A stretch of DNA of 64,000 nucleotides, from contig JAYTOU010000060.1 in assembly GCA_043747615.1 (NCBI GenBank), forward strand, positions 32,001 to 96,000, in the 5' to 3' direction. The position numbers and the translations under genes are program-made. Numbering within the stretch: the stretch's first letter is position 1; every line of letters begins with the position of its first letter. The notes beneath the pieces were generated by a model. That model had not been told where the DNA came from, searched no databases, and worked only from the letters and a program-made list of their open reading frames with translations. The DNA comes from Myxococcales bacterium. Lineage in GTDB: Bacteria > Myxococcota_A > Polyangia > Polyangiales > Polyangiaceae. This document shows, one piece after another, positions 48,526-57,888 of the stretch.

Positions 48526-51500
48526 TCAGAGCGCTTCCTGATTGCTCGGCAGCGCTTGCTCGGACGGTTTCCGCGTGGCGCGCCTGTCTAGCCAATTGTG
48601 CGCGAGGATAAGCAGCGGCGGCTGACGAATCCGCGAAAGGAGCGCGAGGATGAGCGAACCGCCGATGACGACGATGGCGAGCGGCTTCTGTGTCTGCGAG
48701 CCGATGCCGTTCGAGAGCGCCGCGGGAAGGAGCCCAATGGTCGCGACGAGCGTCGTCATCAAGGCAGGGCGAAAACGCTTCTCGCCCGCGTCCCGGGCAG
48801 CATCTTCCACCGACAGGCCCTCGACGTATCTTAGGCGGCGGAAATAGGTAACGACGAGAATCGCGTCTTGAATGGCAATGCCGAAGATCGAGATGAACCC
48901 CATCGCCGCAGAGACCGAGAAGTTCACCCCCGTCACAATCAGCGCAAAGACGCCGCCCGTGCAGGCGACCGGGATCGACACGAGGACGATCGCGGTGTCC
49001 GTCCAGGTCTTTACGGCGGTGTAGACGAGGAAAGTGATGAGCAAGAGGGTGATGGGAATGATGATCTTGAGCCGCGACATGGCTTCGTTCAGCTCGTTGA
49101 ACTCGCCGCCCCACTCGAGGTGCGAGTCGTACGGAAGGTGAACTTTTTGAGCGATCTTGGCCTGGGCCTCGGTGATGGTCGACGTGAGGTCGCGCCCGCG
49201 AACCGAGAATTTCACGGGAACGTAGCGGCGGCCGTCTTCGCGGAAGATGACGGCGGGGCCGTCTTCCTGACTGATCTTGGCGATCTGCCCGAGCGGTACG
49301 AGCCCACCCTCCGGCGTCGATACCGTGATCTCCCGGATGGCCTCGAGCGAGTTTCGATAGGGCTCGAGCCAGCGCACCGTGAGATCGAAGCGCTTTTCCC
49401 CCTCGAAAACCTGGGTCACCGCCTGCCCGCCGATCGCCATTTGGATGACGGTCTCTACGTCTCCGGTGTTGAGGCCGTAGCGCGCACAGATGGCCCGATC
49501 CGGGACGATGCGCACGTTCGGTTGGCCGAGCGAGTGGAACATCCCGAGATCTTTTACGCCGCGGACGGCGGCCATGGTGTCCACGATGGCTTCGGCGTTT
49601 TTCTCGTTGCCGACGAGATCGTTGCCGAGCACCTTCACCGAATTTTCGCCCTTCACTCCGGAGAGGGCCTCTTCGACGTTGTCGCTGATCAGCTGGGAGA
49701 AGTTGAAAACCACCCCGGGAAAAGCGTCGTTCAGGTCACGTGAAAGGCCTTCGGTGAGCTTTTCTTTCGTCATGCCACGCGGCCATTCGTCGAAAGGCTT
49801 GAGCGGGCAAAAGAACTCGATGTTGTGAAATCCGGAGACGTCGGTTCCGTCGTCCGGGCGCCCGTTCTGGGAGATGACCGTCTCCACTTCGAGGTGGCTT
49901 CGGTTCGCGTCGGTGCACTCGACTTTCGGATCCTTCGGGCAGCCGCGGAGGATGTCGCGTGCGCGGCCCACGTATTTCCCCGACTGGGCGAGCGAGATCG
50001 AGGTCGGGAACGTGGCTCGGATCCAGAGATTTCCCTCCTCGAGCTTGGGCATGAACTCGCCACCGAGGAACGGAAAGAGCGCCACGCACGCGAGCGCAAG
50101 ACCTGCCGTCAGGAAGAGGCCGCTCCGCGGTCGTCGCAGCGTGGCCTCGGTGAAGGGGCGATAGACCCGGTGGAGAAAGCGCATCAGCGCGTTTTCTTTT
50201 TCTTCTTCCTGAGCGGGAATGAAGCGGTTCGCGAGGACGGGGGTCAGGGTCAACGCCATGAACACCGCGCCGCCGATCGCGAACGCGTAGGTGTGGGCCA
50301 TCGGCGAGAAGATGACTCCCGAGACGCCGGTCATCGTGAAGAGCGGCAAAAAAGCCACGCCGATAATGATGGTGGAGAACATCATCGGCCCGCCGACCTC
50401 GCTTGCTGCGGCGATGATCCGGTCCCGCATGCTTCCCTTGCCGTGCGGCCCGAGGTGACGGAAAATATTTTCCATCATGATGACCGTAGAATCGACGACG
50501 ATCCCGAAGTCCACCGCGCCGAGCGAGATGAGATTGGCCGAGGTGTGCGTGCCGACCATTCCCGAGAACGCGATGAGGAGGGCAATCGGGATGTTGAGCG
50601 CGGTGATGATCGCCGCCTTGAAGTGACCAAGAAATAGGAGGAGCACCAAGGCCACGAGAAACATTCCGACGATGAGGTTCTCGAGGACCGTGTGCGTGGT
50701 CAGGGCGACCAACTTACCGCGGTCGTAGTACGGGACGATCTCCATGCCCGGTGGCAGGAGACGGAAGTCGCGGATGTGGTCCAAGCGCTTGTGGATGCCC
50801 TCGAGCGTCGATGGCGTCTCGCCGCCGTAACGCATGAGCACGATGCCCTCGACCACGTCGGGATCGTTGTCGTGACCCACCCGCCCGAGGCGCGGCGCAG
50901 CTCCGGTCTTCGTCTCGGCCACGTCGCGGACGCGCACGGGGGTGCCGTTCTTCTCGGCGATCACGACCTCGTCGATGTCTCGCGTCCCCTTGAGGAGCCC
51001 GATACCGCGAACGTTGTACGACTGCTCTCCGACGATCAGCCGTTGGCCGCCGACGTTTTGGTTGGCGTTTCCGATCGCGTCCGTCAGCTGCTGGAGCGTG
51101 ACGTTCTGCCCGTGCATTCGGTACGGATCGACGCCCACCTGGTACTGCTTGGTCTCGCCGCCGAAGCTGGTGACGTCGATCACGCCGGGCACTTGTTTGA
51201 ACTGGCGCTCGAGGATCCAATCCTGAGCGGCCTTGAGATCGCTCAGCGAATACCCCTTACCTTTGAGGGTATATCGGAACACCTCGCCAATCGCGTTCCA
51301 CGGCGAGAGCTGGGGCTGCACACCCTTTGGAAGCTGAATGAACTGGAGGCGGTTGATCACCTCCTGGCGCGCAGTCGCGTACTCCGTTCCCCACTTGAAA
51401 TAACATTTCACATCCGACAGGCCGAAGAGCGACTGCGAGCGCACGTGATCGAGCCCGGGGATACCGGCGAGGCCGATCTCGACCGGGATCGTGACGTAGC

Positions 51501-51687
51501 GTTCGACCTCTTCGGCGCTGGCCCCGTCGGGCTGGGTGATGACCTCGACCAGAGGAGGGACCGGATTCGGGTAGGCCTCGATGTCGAGATCGCCGTAGGC
51601 AAAGAGCCCGGCAACGATGATCACCAGCGTAGTGGCGAGCACGATCGCCGGCATTCTCAGCGCAAAACCAACGATTCTCTGGATCAT
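48526..51687 (-). CDS. CusA/CzcA-family heavy-metal RND permease
   Basis: EEVERYVTIPVE, ANLISLGAVDFGIVVD, GGEFMPKLEEG, RFRPALMT. Confidence 0.93.
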   Translation of the reverse strand: MIQRIVGFALRMPAIVLATTLVIIVAGLFAYGDLDIEAYPNPVPPLVEVITQPDGASAEEVERYVTIPVEIGLAGIPGLDHVRSQSLFGLSDVKCYFKWGTEYATARQEVINRLQFIQLPKGVQPQLSPWNAIGEVFRYTLKGKGYSLSDLKAAQDWILERQFKQVPGVIDVTSFGGETKQYQVGVDPYRMHGQNVTLQQLTDAIGNANQNVGGQRLIVGEQSYNVRGIGLLKGTRDIDEVVIAEKNGTPVRVRDVAETKTGAAPRLGRVGHDNDPDVVEGIVLMRYGGETPSTLEGIHKRLDHIRDFRLLPPGMEIVPYYDRGKLVALTTHTVLENLIVGMFLVALVLLLFLGHFKAAIITALNIPIALLIAFSGMVGTHTSANLISLGAVDFGIVVDSTVIMMENIFRHLGPHGKGSMRDRIIAAASEVGGPMMFSTIIIGVAFLPLFTMTGVSGVIFSPMAHTYAFAIGGAVFMALTLTPVLANRFIPAQEEEKENALMRFLHRVYRPFTEATLRRPRSGLFLTAGLALACVALFPFLGGEFMPKLEEGNLWIRATFPTSISLAQSGKYVGRARDILRGCPKDPKVECTDANRSHLEVETVISQNGRPDDGTDVSGFHNIEFFCPLKPFDEWPRGMTKEKLTEGLSRDLNDAFPGVVFNFSQLISDNVEEALSGVKGENSVKVLGNDLVGNEKNAEAIVDTMAAVRGVKDLGMFHSLGQPNVRIVPDRAICARYGLNTGDVETVIQMAIGGQAVTQVFEGEKRFDLTVRWLEPYRNSLEAIREITVSTPEGGLVPLGQIAKISQEDGPAVIFREDGRRYVPVKFSVRGRDLTSTITEAQAKIAQKVHLPYDSHLEWGGEFNELNEAMSRLKIIIPITLLLITFLVYTAVKTWTDTAIVLVSIPVACTGGVFALIVTGVNFSVSAAMGFISIFGIAIQDAILVVTYFRRLRYVEGLSVEDAARDAGEKRFRPALMTTLVATIGLLPAALSNGIGSQTQKPLAIVVIGGSLILALLSRIRQPPLLILAHNWLDRRATRKPSEQALPSNQEAL

Positions 51688-51768
51688 GTGCGTGGGGCTC
51701 GGCCGGGCACGGTAGCAAGCTCATCGACCTCGCGAAAGCGGGACACGTTTGAGCGTCGACGCGCCCGG

Positions 51769-51804
51769 GATCGGGACACCATGCCGCGCGGCTCCGTCCC
51801 GATC
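51769..51804. promoter_or_regulatory. Inverted repeat, candidate activator site in the divergent RND intergenic region
   Basis: GATCGGGAC-N18-GTCCCGATC; extra CGGGACAC copy at 51739-51746. Confidence 0.5.
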
Positions 51805-51828
51805 GCTGCAACCACGCATTGGTAGGCC

Positions 51829-51844
51829 TGGTTCAGGGTTTGCT
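51829..51844 (+). promoter_or_regulatory. Candidate sigma54 -24/-12 promoter for the MFP gene
   Basis: TGGTTCAGGGTTTGCT with correct GG-N10-GC spacing, 53 nt before the ATG. Confidence 0.45.
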
Positions 51845-51896
51845 ATAAGCGGCGGGCACTTGTTTCTCCTCCGAGGCACGGAAGGCTCCAAAGAAA

Positions 51897-53042
51897 ATGA
51901 ATCGTGTTCTGTGTGCGGTGATGATCGTAGGGCCCCTTGCTCTCGGCGCAATCGCTGGCTGCCATCGTCCGGAGGCATCGGTTGCCGCCGGCGCGCAGCC
52001 TCCGCCAGGAGAAGTCTGGCTCTCTCCGGAGAAAGCGAAAGACGCCAAGATCGAGGTCTCGCCGGTCGCGGAGCAGGACATCGACGACACGATCCTCATG
52101 AGCGGCAAGGTCACTTTTGACGACCAGCGAGTGGGGCATGTGTTTTCCCCGGTCACCGGGCGGGTCGTCCGCATCGATGCTCAGCTCGGTCAGAAGGTGA
52201 AGAAGGGCCAAGCGCTCGCGGTTCTGCAATCGCCCGATATCAGCGCAGCGAGCTCCGATCTGGGAAAAGCAAACGCCGATCTCATCGCCGCCGAGCACGA
52301 CTTCAAGCGGAAGAAGGTCCTCCTCGAGGCCCACGCGACCTCCCAGTCCGACTACGAAGGCTCGGAGGACAACTACCGCAAGGCGAAAGCCGAGCACGAT
52401 CGGGCGATGATGAAGGCAAGCCTCCTTCACTCGGGCGGCTCCGACGTGACCCAGGGTTACACTCTCACCGCGCCCATAGACGGCGAGGTGCTCGCGCGAA
52501 ACCTGAGTCCGGGGATCGAAGTGCAGGGGCAGTACGGGGGCAGCACCGTTCAAGAGCTCTTCACGATCGGCGAGCTCGATCGCGTCTGGGTGATCGCAGA
52601 CATCTACGAGATCGACCTCGCCCGCGTGAGAGTCGGAACGAAGGCCATCGTCAAGGTGGTCTCCTCCGCGGACAAGACGTTCGAAGGAAGGGTCGACTGG
52701 GTCTCGGCTGTCCTCGATCCGGTCTCGCGGACCGCGAAGGTGCGCTGCATTTTCGACAACACCGATCGGCTGCTCCGGCCAGAGATGTACGCGACGGTGC
52801 AGATCTCAGTCGACGAGAAGCGCGCCATCGCCGTTCCGCGAAGCTCGGTGATTCGCCTGGGAGAACAGACCGTGGTGTTCACGCAGACGGGCGTCACCGC
52901 AGATGGAAAGCTGAAGTTCGAGCGTGTCCCGGTCAGCGTCGACGAAGGCGAGAGCGGCAATTGGCTCCCCGTCGCTCACGGCGTCGAGGGTGGCGCGAAG
53001 ATCGTGACCTCAGGAGCCATTCTCCTTTCGGGGATGCTCTAG
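51897..53042 (+). CDS. RND periplasmic adaptor (CzcB-like MFP), lipoprotein
   Basis: IAGC lipobox; SPVTGRV...GQKVKKGQ, APIDGEV, LRPEMY. Confidence 0.92.
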   Translation: MNRVLCAVMIVGPLALGAIAGCHRPEASVAAGAQPPPGEVWLSPEKAKDAKIEVSPVAEQDIDDTILMSGKVTFDDQRVGHVFSPVTGRVVRIDAQLGQKVKKGQALAVLQSPDISAASSDLGKANADLIAAEHDFKRKKVLLEAHATSQSDYEGSEDNYRKAKAEHDRAMMKASLLHSGGSDVTQGYTLTAPIDGEVLARNLSPGIEVQGQYGGSTVQELFTIGELDRVWVIADIYEIDLARVRVGTKAIVKVVSSADKTFEGRVDWVSAVLDPVSRTAKVRCIFDNTDRLLRPEMYATVQISVDEKRAIAVPRSSVIRLGEQTVVFTQTGVTADGKLKFERVPVSVDEGESGNWLPVAHGVEGGAKIVTSGAILLSGML

Positions 53043-53125
53043 CGTCAGCTCTCGTAGCGTAACCCGCGTCACTTCGGCCGACGCGCCGATGCTTGGTTAC
53101 GCACGACCCGCACCTGCGGTATGCC

Positions 53126-53650
53126 ATGGGCATGCACCACACATCGGACCGCATCGTGACCGTCTCCGTCAGCGACGCCCGAACGCCCGCGGAGGACGAA
53201 GCGGGACGCGTCGTCGGCGAGCTTCTCAAAGCGGCGGGCTTAGGCGTGCGCCGTCACCACCTCATCACGGACGACCCCGACTACATCCGCCAGCTGGTCA
53301 CCATGGTCTCCCAGAGCGAGGCCGAGGCGATGATTCTCACCGGTGGAATGGGGCTCGCGCGGCACGACCACACGTACGACGTCGTCGATTCGCTCTTCGA
53401 AAAACGCGTGGAAGGCTTCGGCGAAGCGTTTCGGCGCTTGTCGTATGAAGAGACGGGACCGCTAGCCATGCTGTCGCGAGCGACCGCCGGGATCCTTAGC
53501 GGAACGGTCATCTTCGCGCTTCCGAGCAACGTTCGCGCCGTCCGTCTTGGCGTAGAGAAGCTCATTATTCCAGTGATCTCACACGCGATGGACCTAGCGT
53601 CGGGACGAACGGCGCACCCGCCCTCGAGCCCCAAGCTACCGATCGCCTAG
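53126..53650 (+). CDS. MogA/MoaB-family molybdopterin-binding protein
   Basis: VSVSD, ILTGGMG, GFGEAFRRLSY, AMLSRATAG, IFALP; start approximate. Confidence 0.85.
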   Translation: MGMHHTSDRIVTVSVSDARTPAEDEAGRVVGELLKAAGLGVRRHHLITDDPDYIRQLVTMVSQSEAEAMILTGGMGLARHDHTYDVVDSLFEKRVEGFGEAFRRLSYEETGPLAMLSRATAGILSGTVIFALPSNVRAVRLGVEKLIIPVISHAMDLASGRTAHPPSSPKLPIA

Positions 53651-53787
53651 CCCGCAGCGGCGCACACGAACGTCGATTTGTATGGAAATACCGCGCCAGT
53701 GACGCTCCCCAAAGAGTCGGGCGTCACCGAACGGAACGTCGGCGACGGATCGCGACGGCGACGCGTGCGACAGGTGCCCGCTCGACG

Positions 53788-53818
53788 CGGTGAACGCCTG
53801 CTGATCAGGCCGTCACCG
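53788..53818. terminator. GC-rich hairpin between convergent genes
   Basis: cggtga..gcctg / caggc..tcaccg stem; no U-tract. Confidence 0.35.
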
Positions 53819-53823
53819 AGCGC

Positions 53824-54366
53824 TCAGTACGGCCGCCAAGCGCGGATCAGCGCGATCGCTTGCGCTTGCGTCATCGTGCCGTTGTTCATCCCGTCGAAGA
53901 CCTGCTGCTCGACTACATCCTTTCGAAGGGCTTCGACGTGGGGCTGAGGCCAGAGGTTGCCCTGATCGTCGTTACCGCCAATCGAAAGCGGAATGTAGTG
54001 GTCGAATTCGTAGTTGGCGAAGTCGGCTTGGGGGATCCCGTACGCCGCGCCGATGGAATCGCGTTCCGGAGTGGGAACGTTTCGGTTGCAGTAAGCAATC
54101 TGCTCTGCGTAGCGATACATGCTGAAATTCGGGTCGGTCGCGGTGCACAGCACTCCGGGGGTTTTGCTGGGATCCGGCAGGTGCCAAATCCCGGCGTCGT
54201 CCCTGTACGACGACGCGGGTAGGCCAGCGTCCGCGGCGTTCGAGCTCTCGTCGCTCGCGTCGGCCGAGGGCTGTTCACCCGCGTCGGGGCTCGCCATCGC
54301 TGCGCCCTGACTGCATCCCAGCGACGTAGCCACCGCCGTCAGGCACCCGAGATTCAAGAGACGCAT
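53824..54366 (-). CDS. Lipoprotein with HNH-like nuclease motif
   Basis: SLGC lipobox; TPG..C and YEFDHYIPLSIGGND...NLWPQ. Confidence 0.75.
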   Translation of the reverse strand: MRLLNLGCLTAVATSLGCSQGAAMASPDAGEQPSADASDESSNAADAGLPASSYRDDAGIWHLPDPSKTPGVLCTATDPNFSMYRYAEQIAYCNRNVPTPERDSIGAAYGIPQADFANYEFDHYIPLSIGGNDDQGNLWPQPHVEALRKDVVEQQVFDGMNNGTMTQAQAIALIRAWRPY

Positions 54367-54381
54367 CGTCAGTTTTTCGCC

Positions 54382-55380
54382 TTACTTTGCGGGCGGAGCC
54401 ACTACGGGCGCGCTCGTCGTGACGCCGGCGCCCTTGAAGCTCGTGTTGGGATACGACGTCACGAGACACGCGGAGCCGTCGTCATTGTGAATCTCGACGA
54501 GGTCTCCTTTGTTCGAAAATCCATAAACCTTGTCGTCGTAGGCGGCGATTCCGAACATGCTGCCAAAGGTCGCGGGCGACTTCGCGTTCGTGCACCACGC
54601 TCCCTTGTTCACGGGCCCGCGCACGACCTTGAGCGTGCTCGCGGTCGACCCGGACGTCATGAGCCCGACGTCGAGCTCGACGAGCGTATCCGTCCCGCCG
54701 CAGCTGCCGACAGGGCAAACTGCTGCGAACGCGATCGGGCTCCCCTTGTTCGCCAAGAACACGATATCGCCCGAGAGACCCCACGCCTTGCTGGTGATGG
54801 GATCCGTGCCCATGGTGCCGACCGGCGTGGTTGCGCCCGTCGTTGCATCGATCCGGAAAAGCTGGCCGATGTCGTTCGCCGCGATCAGCACCTCGGCGAC
54901 GTCGACCGTATTTTCAGGGGCCATCGAGAGGCCGTAAAAATTCGAGTGCGTCGACGGCAACGGCCAGGTCGCCGTGCAATGCACCTTACCTCCGCCCGCG
55001 AGCTCGAGCGGGTACGCCCCCTGGGTGCTCACGGCGTAAAGAGCTCCGCCCTTGCTCACGGCGATGTCCGTCATCGAGCTCGGGCCGCTCGCCCCCCCAA
55101 TGCAGTCGAACGTTCCCACGGACACCATCGGGGACGCGATGTGCAGCGGATCCAGCTTGAAGAGCTCCTTGGCGGTGTGCGCGTAGAGGATCGTTCCCGC
55201 TGGACCCGTGCTCGCGTCGCCGTTGCTTCCGACCACGGGGCCACCGCCACCGGGGCCGCCATCAGGGGCGCCTTCGCTGATCGCGCCGCCGCCGTCTGAG
55301 TCAGCGCCGAATCCTGAGTTGTGTCTAGCGGCCGAACATCCTAACGCCGCGAGTGACAGCAGAATCGGCGCAAGTTTCAT
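54382..55380 (-). CDS. Lipoprotein, probable beta-propeller
   Basis: ALGC lipobox; LYAHT, MTDIAV, SGDIV, FGIA..DDKVYGFS, GAGVTT. Confidence 0.75.
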   Translation of the reverse strand: MKLAPILLSLAALGCSAARHNSGFGADSDGGGAISEGAPDGGPGGGGPVVGSNGDASTGPAGTILYAHTAKELFKLDPLHIASPMVSVGTFDCIGGASGPSSMTDIAVSKGGALYAVSTQGAYPLELAGGGKVHCTATWPLPSTHSNFYGLSMAPENTVDVAEVLIAANDIGQLFRIDATTGATTPVGTMGTDPITSKAWGLSGDIVFLANKGSPIAFAAVCPVGSCGGTDTLVELDVGLMTSGSTASTLKVVRGPVNKGAWCTNAKSPATFGSMFGIAAYDDKVYGFSNKGDLVEIHNDDGSACLVTSYPNTSFKGAGVTTSAPVVAPPAK

Positions 55381-55727
55381 GTCCCTCTTTTACGAGGTTG
55401 GACGGCTTCGGCAAGCGGTTCTGTGTGTCCGTTCGATTCGAGCGGGGCCGCGAATCACCGGAGCATAAGTTTGGCGCCCCACCGGAAACGCGTTCCCCGC
55501 GCGGGTCGCACTGAGCGAGGTCGTCGGATCGACCGATGCACCTTACCTCAACTCGCTCATTGCCAAGGCCGGGCTCGCGACGAAGCACGATGACTGACGG
55601 GCCTCCAGCAGAGCGACGCGTGGGCCGCGACGGAAATCCAAAAAATCCTCGACGGCGCCACTTGCCAATGACGGCCGCCGGCTCCCCCTCGCCGTGTGGG
55701 TGGCGATGAGGGCGCCGAGCGCGATGA

Positions 55728-57794
55728 CTACTGGCAGACCGCGGGAGTGTACAACGAGCGCTGGCACTGCGAAGAGCAGCAGTCGGGTGTGGCTCCGCAC
55801 GCGATGGGCGCCCCGAGATTGCCGTTGTTCGGCGTCGTCATGCACGAGAATGGGCCTGGACCGCCGCGGCTCCTTCCGGGCCTCGTGGCAGCACCTATAT
55901 AATAGGATTCGCTGAGCACTGACCCGCGGTCGTTACGGTTGCAGACATCAAATGGCTGACCGCTGGTGAAGGCCGACGCGCACGTCTTCGCCGAAGCCGC
56001 GCAGTCGAGCGTGCCCGCCGTCCACGTGTTACCGGCCGAGCAGGTCTGGACTGCCGCCGAGCCGGGCGCTGCGCCAGTGGGATCCGAGCAGCGCGTGTCT
56101 ACCGTGCCCCGCGCGTTACCGCCCGCGACGCCAGATCCCACGCATTCGATGCACGTGTTGGCAGCCGTCGTGCCGAGGCTCGTCCGCCGGCAGACGTCGT
56201 TTCCGGTGCACGTTGTGGTGCCGACGGTCGGAAGCGCACCTTGCGGCGTGCAGGTACCGAAGGTGTCGGTGCCGGTGAAGGGAGTGCCGGGAACGGGCTT
56301 CGGATTTCCGACGCAGACGACCGCGTTCGGGATGCACTGAGCGACGCACGCAGCGCCAGCTCCCGCAATGCCCGCCGTGCACGCTCCGACCGTACAGCTC
56401 GCCGGAGCGCCCCACACGCCAAGAGCGCTGCACGTTTCGATTGCGTCGTTGACCGTGCCGCCATCGCCCGAGACGCAGCGCGTGACGCCGGGGGCGCACA
56501 CTCCGCCGCAAACCTTCGCGGGTCGCGAGGTCGCCGTGCGGTAGTCGAGGCACGTCGCTGCCGCGGCACCGCCGTCCGCGCTCGGGCAGCCAACGGGAAC
56601 CGACCATCGTCCGCTCGCGGAGCACGTCTGGTAGCTCGTCGCTCCGTTCGCCGTGCAGCGCTCGTCGCCGGCCTGGCATTCGGTCACGCATGCGCCCGGG
56701 ATTACTCCGCCGATGGGAGCGCCCGTGGCGATGCAAGCCCCAGTCGCGCATGCAGTGCCAGCGGCAGCGAGCTTTCCGTCTGGTCCGCATTTCCGGAGGC
56801 CGGTGGCATCGCACGAGCCCCGCGCTCCGGCGGCGCAGATTGGATCTCCGCAGAGCACGGTGGTCGGATCGACCGGGCTCGTCTGGCAGATGAGTGAGGT
56901 GGCCGCGGGGTTCGCGTTGCATGCGGTGACCGCACCCCACTTGCCGTCCGGTCCGCAAATCTGGGTCGAGAGCTGGTTCGAGGCGCATCGGAGCTGCCCC
57001 GGGGTACAATCGCTCGCGCACGACGCTTCCTTGGTTCCCGCGCAGGCTCGGCCAACGGGATTGCACGTCTGCGAAGCGCTGCAGCCCACCGCGACCCACG
57101 CGTAGCCGGTCGGCGTCGCGACGCACGTGCTCGTGAATTTCGTCTGGTCCGCGGTCGCGTCGTTCTTGTTTCCGCAGACGGTATCGCAGCCATTTGCGGT
57201 GGGAGTGCACGCCGCGGGCTTGCAGGCCGCGGTCGGGTACGGCGTCGACGACACGCTGACGCAAAGCTCGGTCGCGCCGCAGGAGGTCGGTGTGTACGTG
57301 TTTCCGTTCACGCACGTCCCGACGAGGCCGCCTGCCAGGCATATCGAGCTGCCGACGATGCACGAGCCGGCGCAGAGGCCGTTGCCCTCGCACGTGGTTC
57401 CGGAGGGACAGTTGATCTGATCGAAGCCCATCGCGTTCGCGCGGCAGCGGAGCGCCGTCGTTGCGTTTAGGCAAGCGCCGCTGTTCGGAAGGCATGCGGC
57501 GTTTGGGTCGGGCTTGCATTCCCCTTTGTCGCATTTTTCGCCGTCGTGGCAGGGCTGGGCAAGCCAGCCAGAGCCGTCCGCGGGGCAGACGCGTGCGAGC
57601 GCGGGGCTCACGCACTCCTTCGTGCTCGGCGCGCACTTCGTTCCTACGATGACGCTGCCGTCCGCGGTGACGACCGTACCTGCATCGTCGACGAAGTTGT
57701 TGACCGTGTCGCCGGTGCAACCGTTGGCGAGGAGCGCCACCGCTCCAATTGCAGCCGTGAACGCGAACCATCGAATGCGAACTGTGAGCGTCAT
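55728..57794 (-). CDS. Giant Cys-rich repeat lipoprotein, paralog A
   Basis: ANGC lipobox; repeated C.PG..RC....Q.C...G.W units; 688 aa. Confidence 0.88.
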   Translation of the reverse strand: MTLTVRIRWFAFTAAIGAVALLANGCTGDTVNNFVDDAGTVVTADGSVIVGTKCAPSTKECVSPALARVCPADGSGWLAQPCHDGEKCDKGECKPDPNAACLPNSGACLNATTALRCRANAMGFDQINCPSGTTCEGNGLCAGSCIVGSSICLAGGLVGTCVNGNTYTPTSCGATELCVSVSSTPYPTAACKPAACTPTANGCDTVCGNKNDATADQTKFTSTCVATPTGYAWVAVGCSASQTCNPVGRACAGTKEASCASDCTPGQLRCASNQLSTQICGPDGKWGAVTACNANPAATSLICQTSPVDPTTVLCGDPICAAGARGSCDATGLRKCGPDGKLAAAGTACATGACIATGAPIGGVIPGACVTECQAGDERCTANGATSYQTCSASGRWSVPVGCPSADGGAAAATCLDYRTATSRPAKVCGGVCAPGVTRCVSGDGGTVNDAIETCSALGVWGAPASCTVGACTAGIAGAGAACVAQCIPNAVVCVGNPKPVPGTPFTGTDTFGTCTPQGALPTVGTTTCTGNDVCRRTSLGTTAANTCIECVGSGVAGGNARGTVDTRCSDPTGAAPGSAAVQTCSAGNTWTAGTLDCAASAKTCASAFTSGQPFDVCNRNDRGSVLSESYYIGAATRPGRSRGGPGPFSCMTTPNNGNLGAPIACGATPDCCSSQCQRSLYTPAVCQ

Positions 57795-57840
57795 CGTGTT
57801 CTCCCTACTGAGCGGTCAACTGAAAAAATAAGGGGAGCGA

Positions 57841-57871
57841 GATCCCCATTGCCCTGAGGGCGATGGGGATC
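57841..57871. terminator. Hairpin downstream of paralog B
   Basis: gatccccattgccc-tga-gggcgatggggatc, 14-bp arms with one imperfect pair; T-tract about 11 nt further on the minus strand. Confidence 0.55.
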
Positions 57872-57888
57872 GGCTCCGAGCGCGAGAG

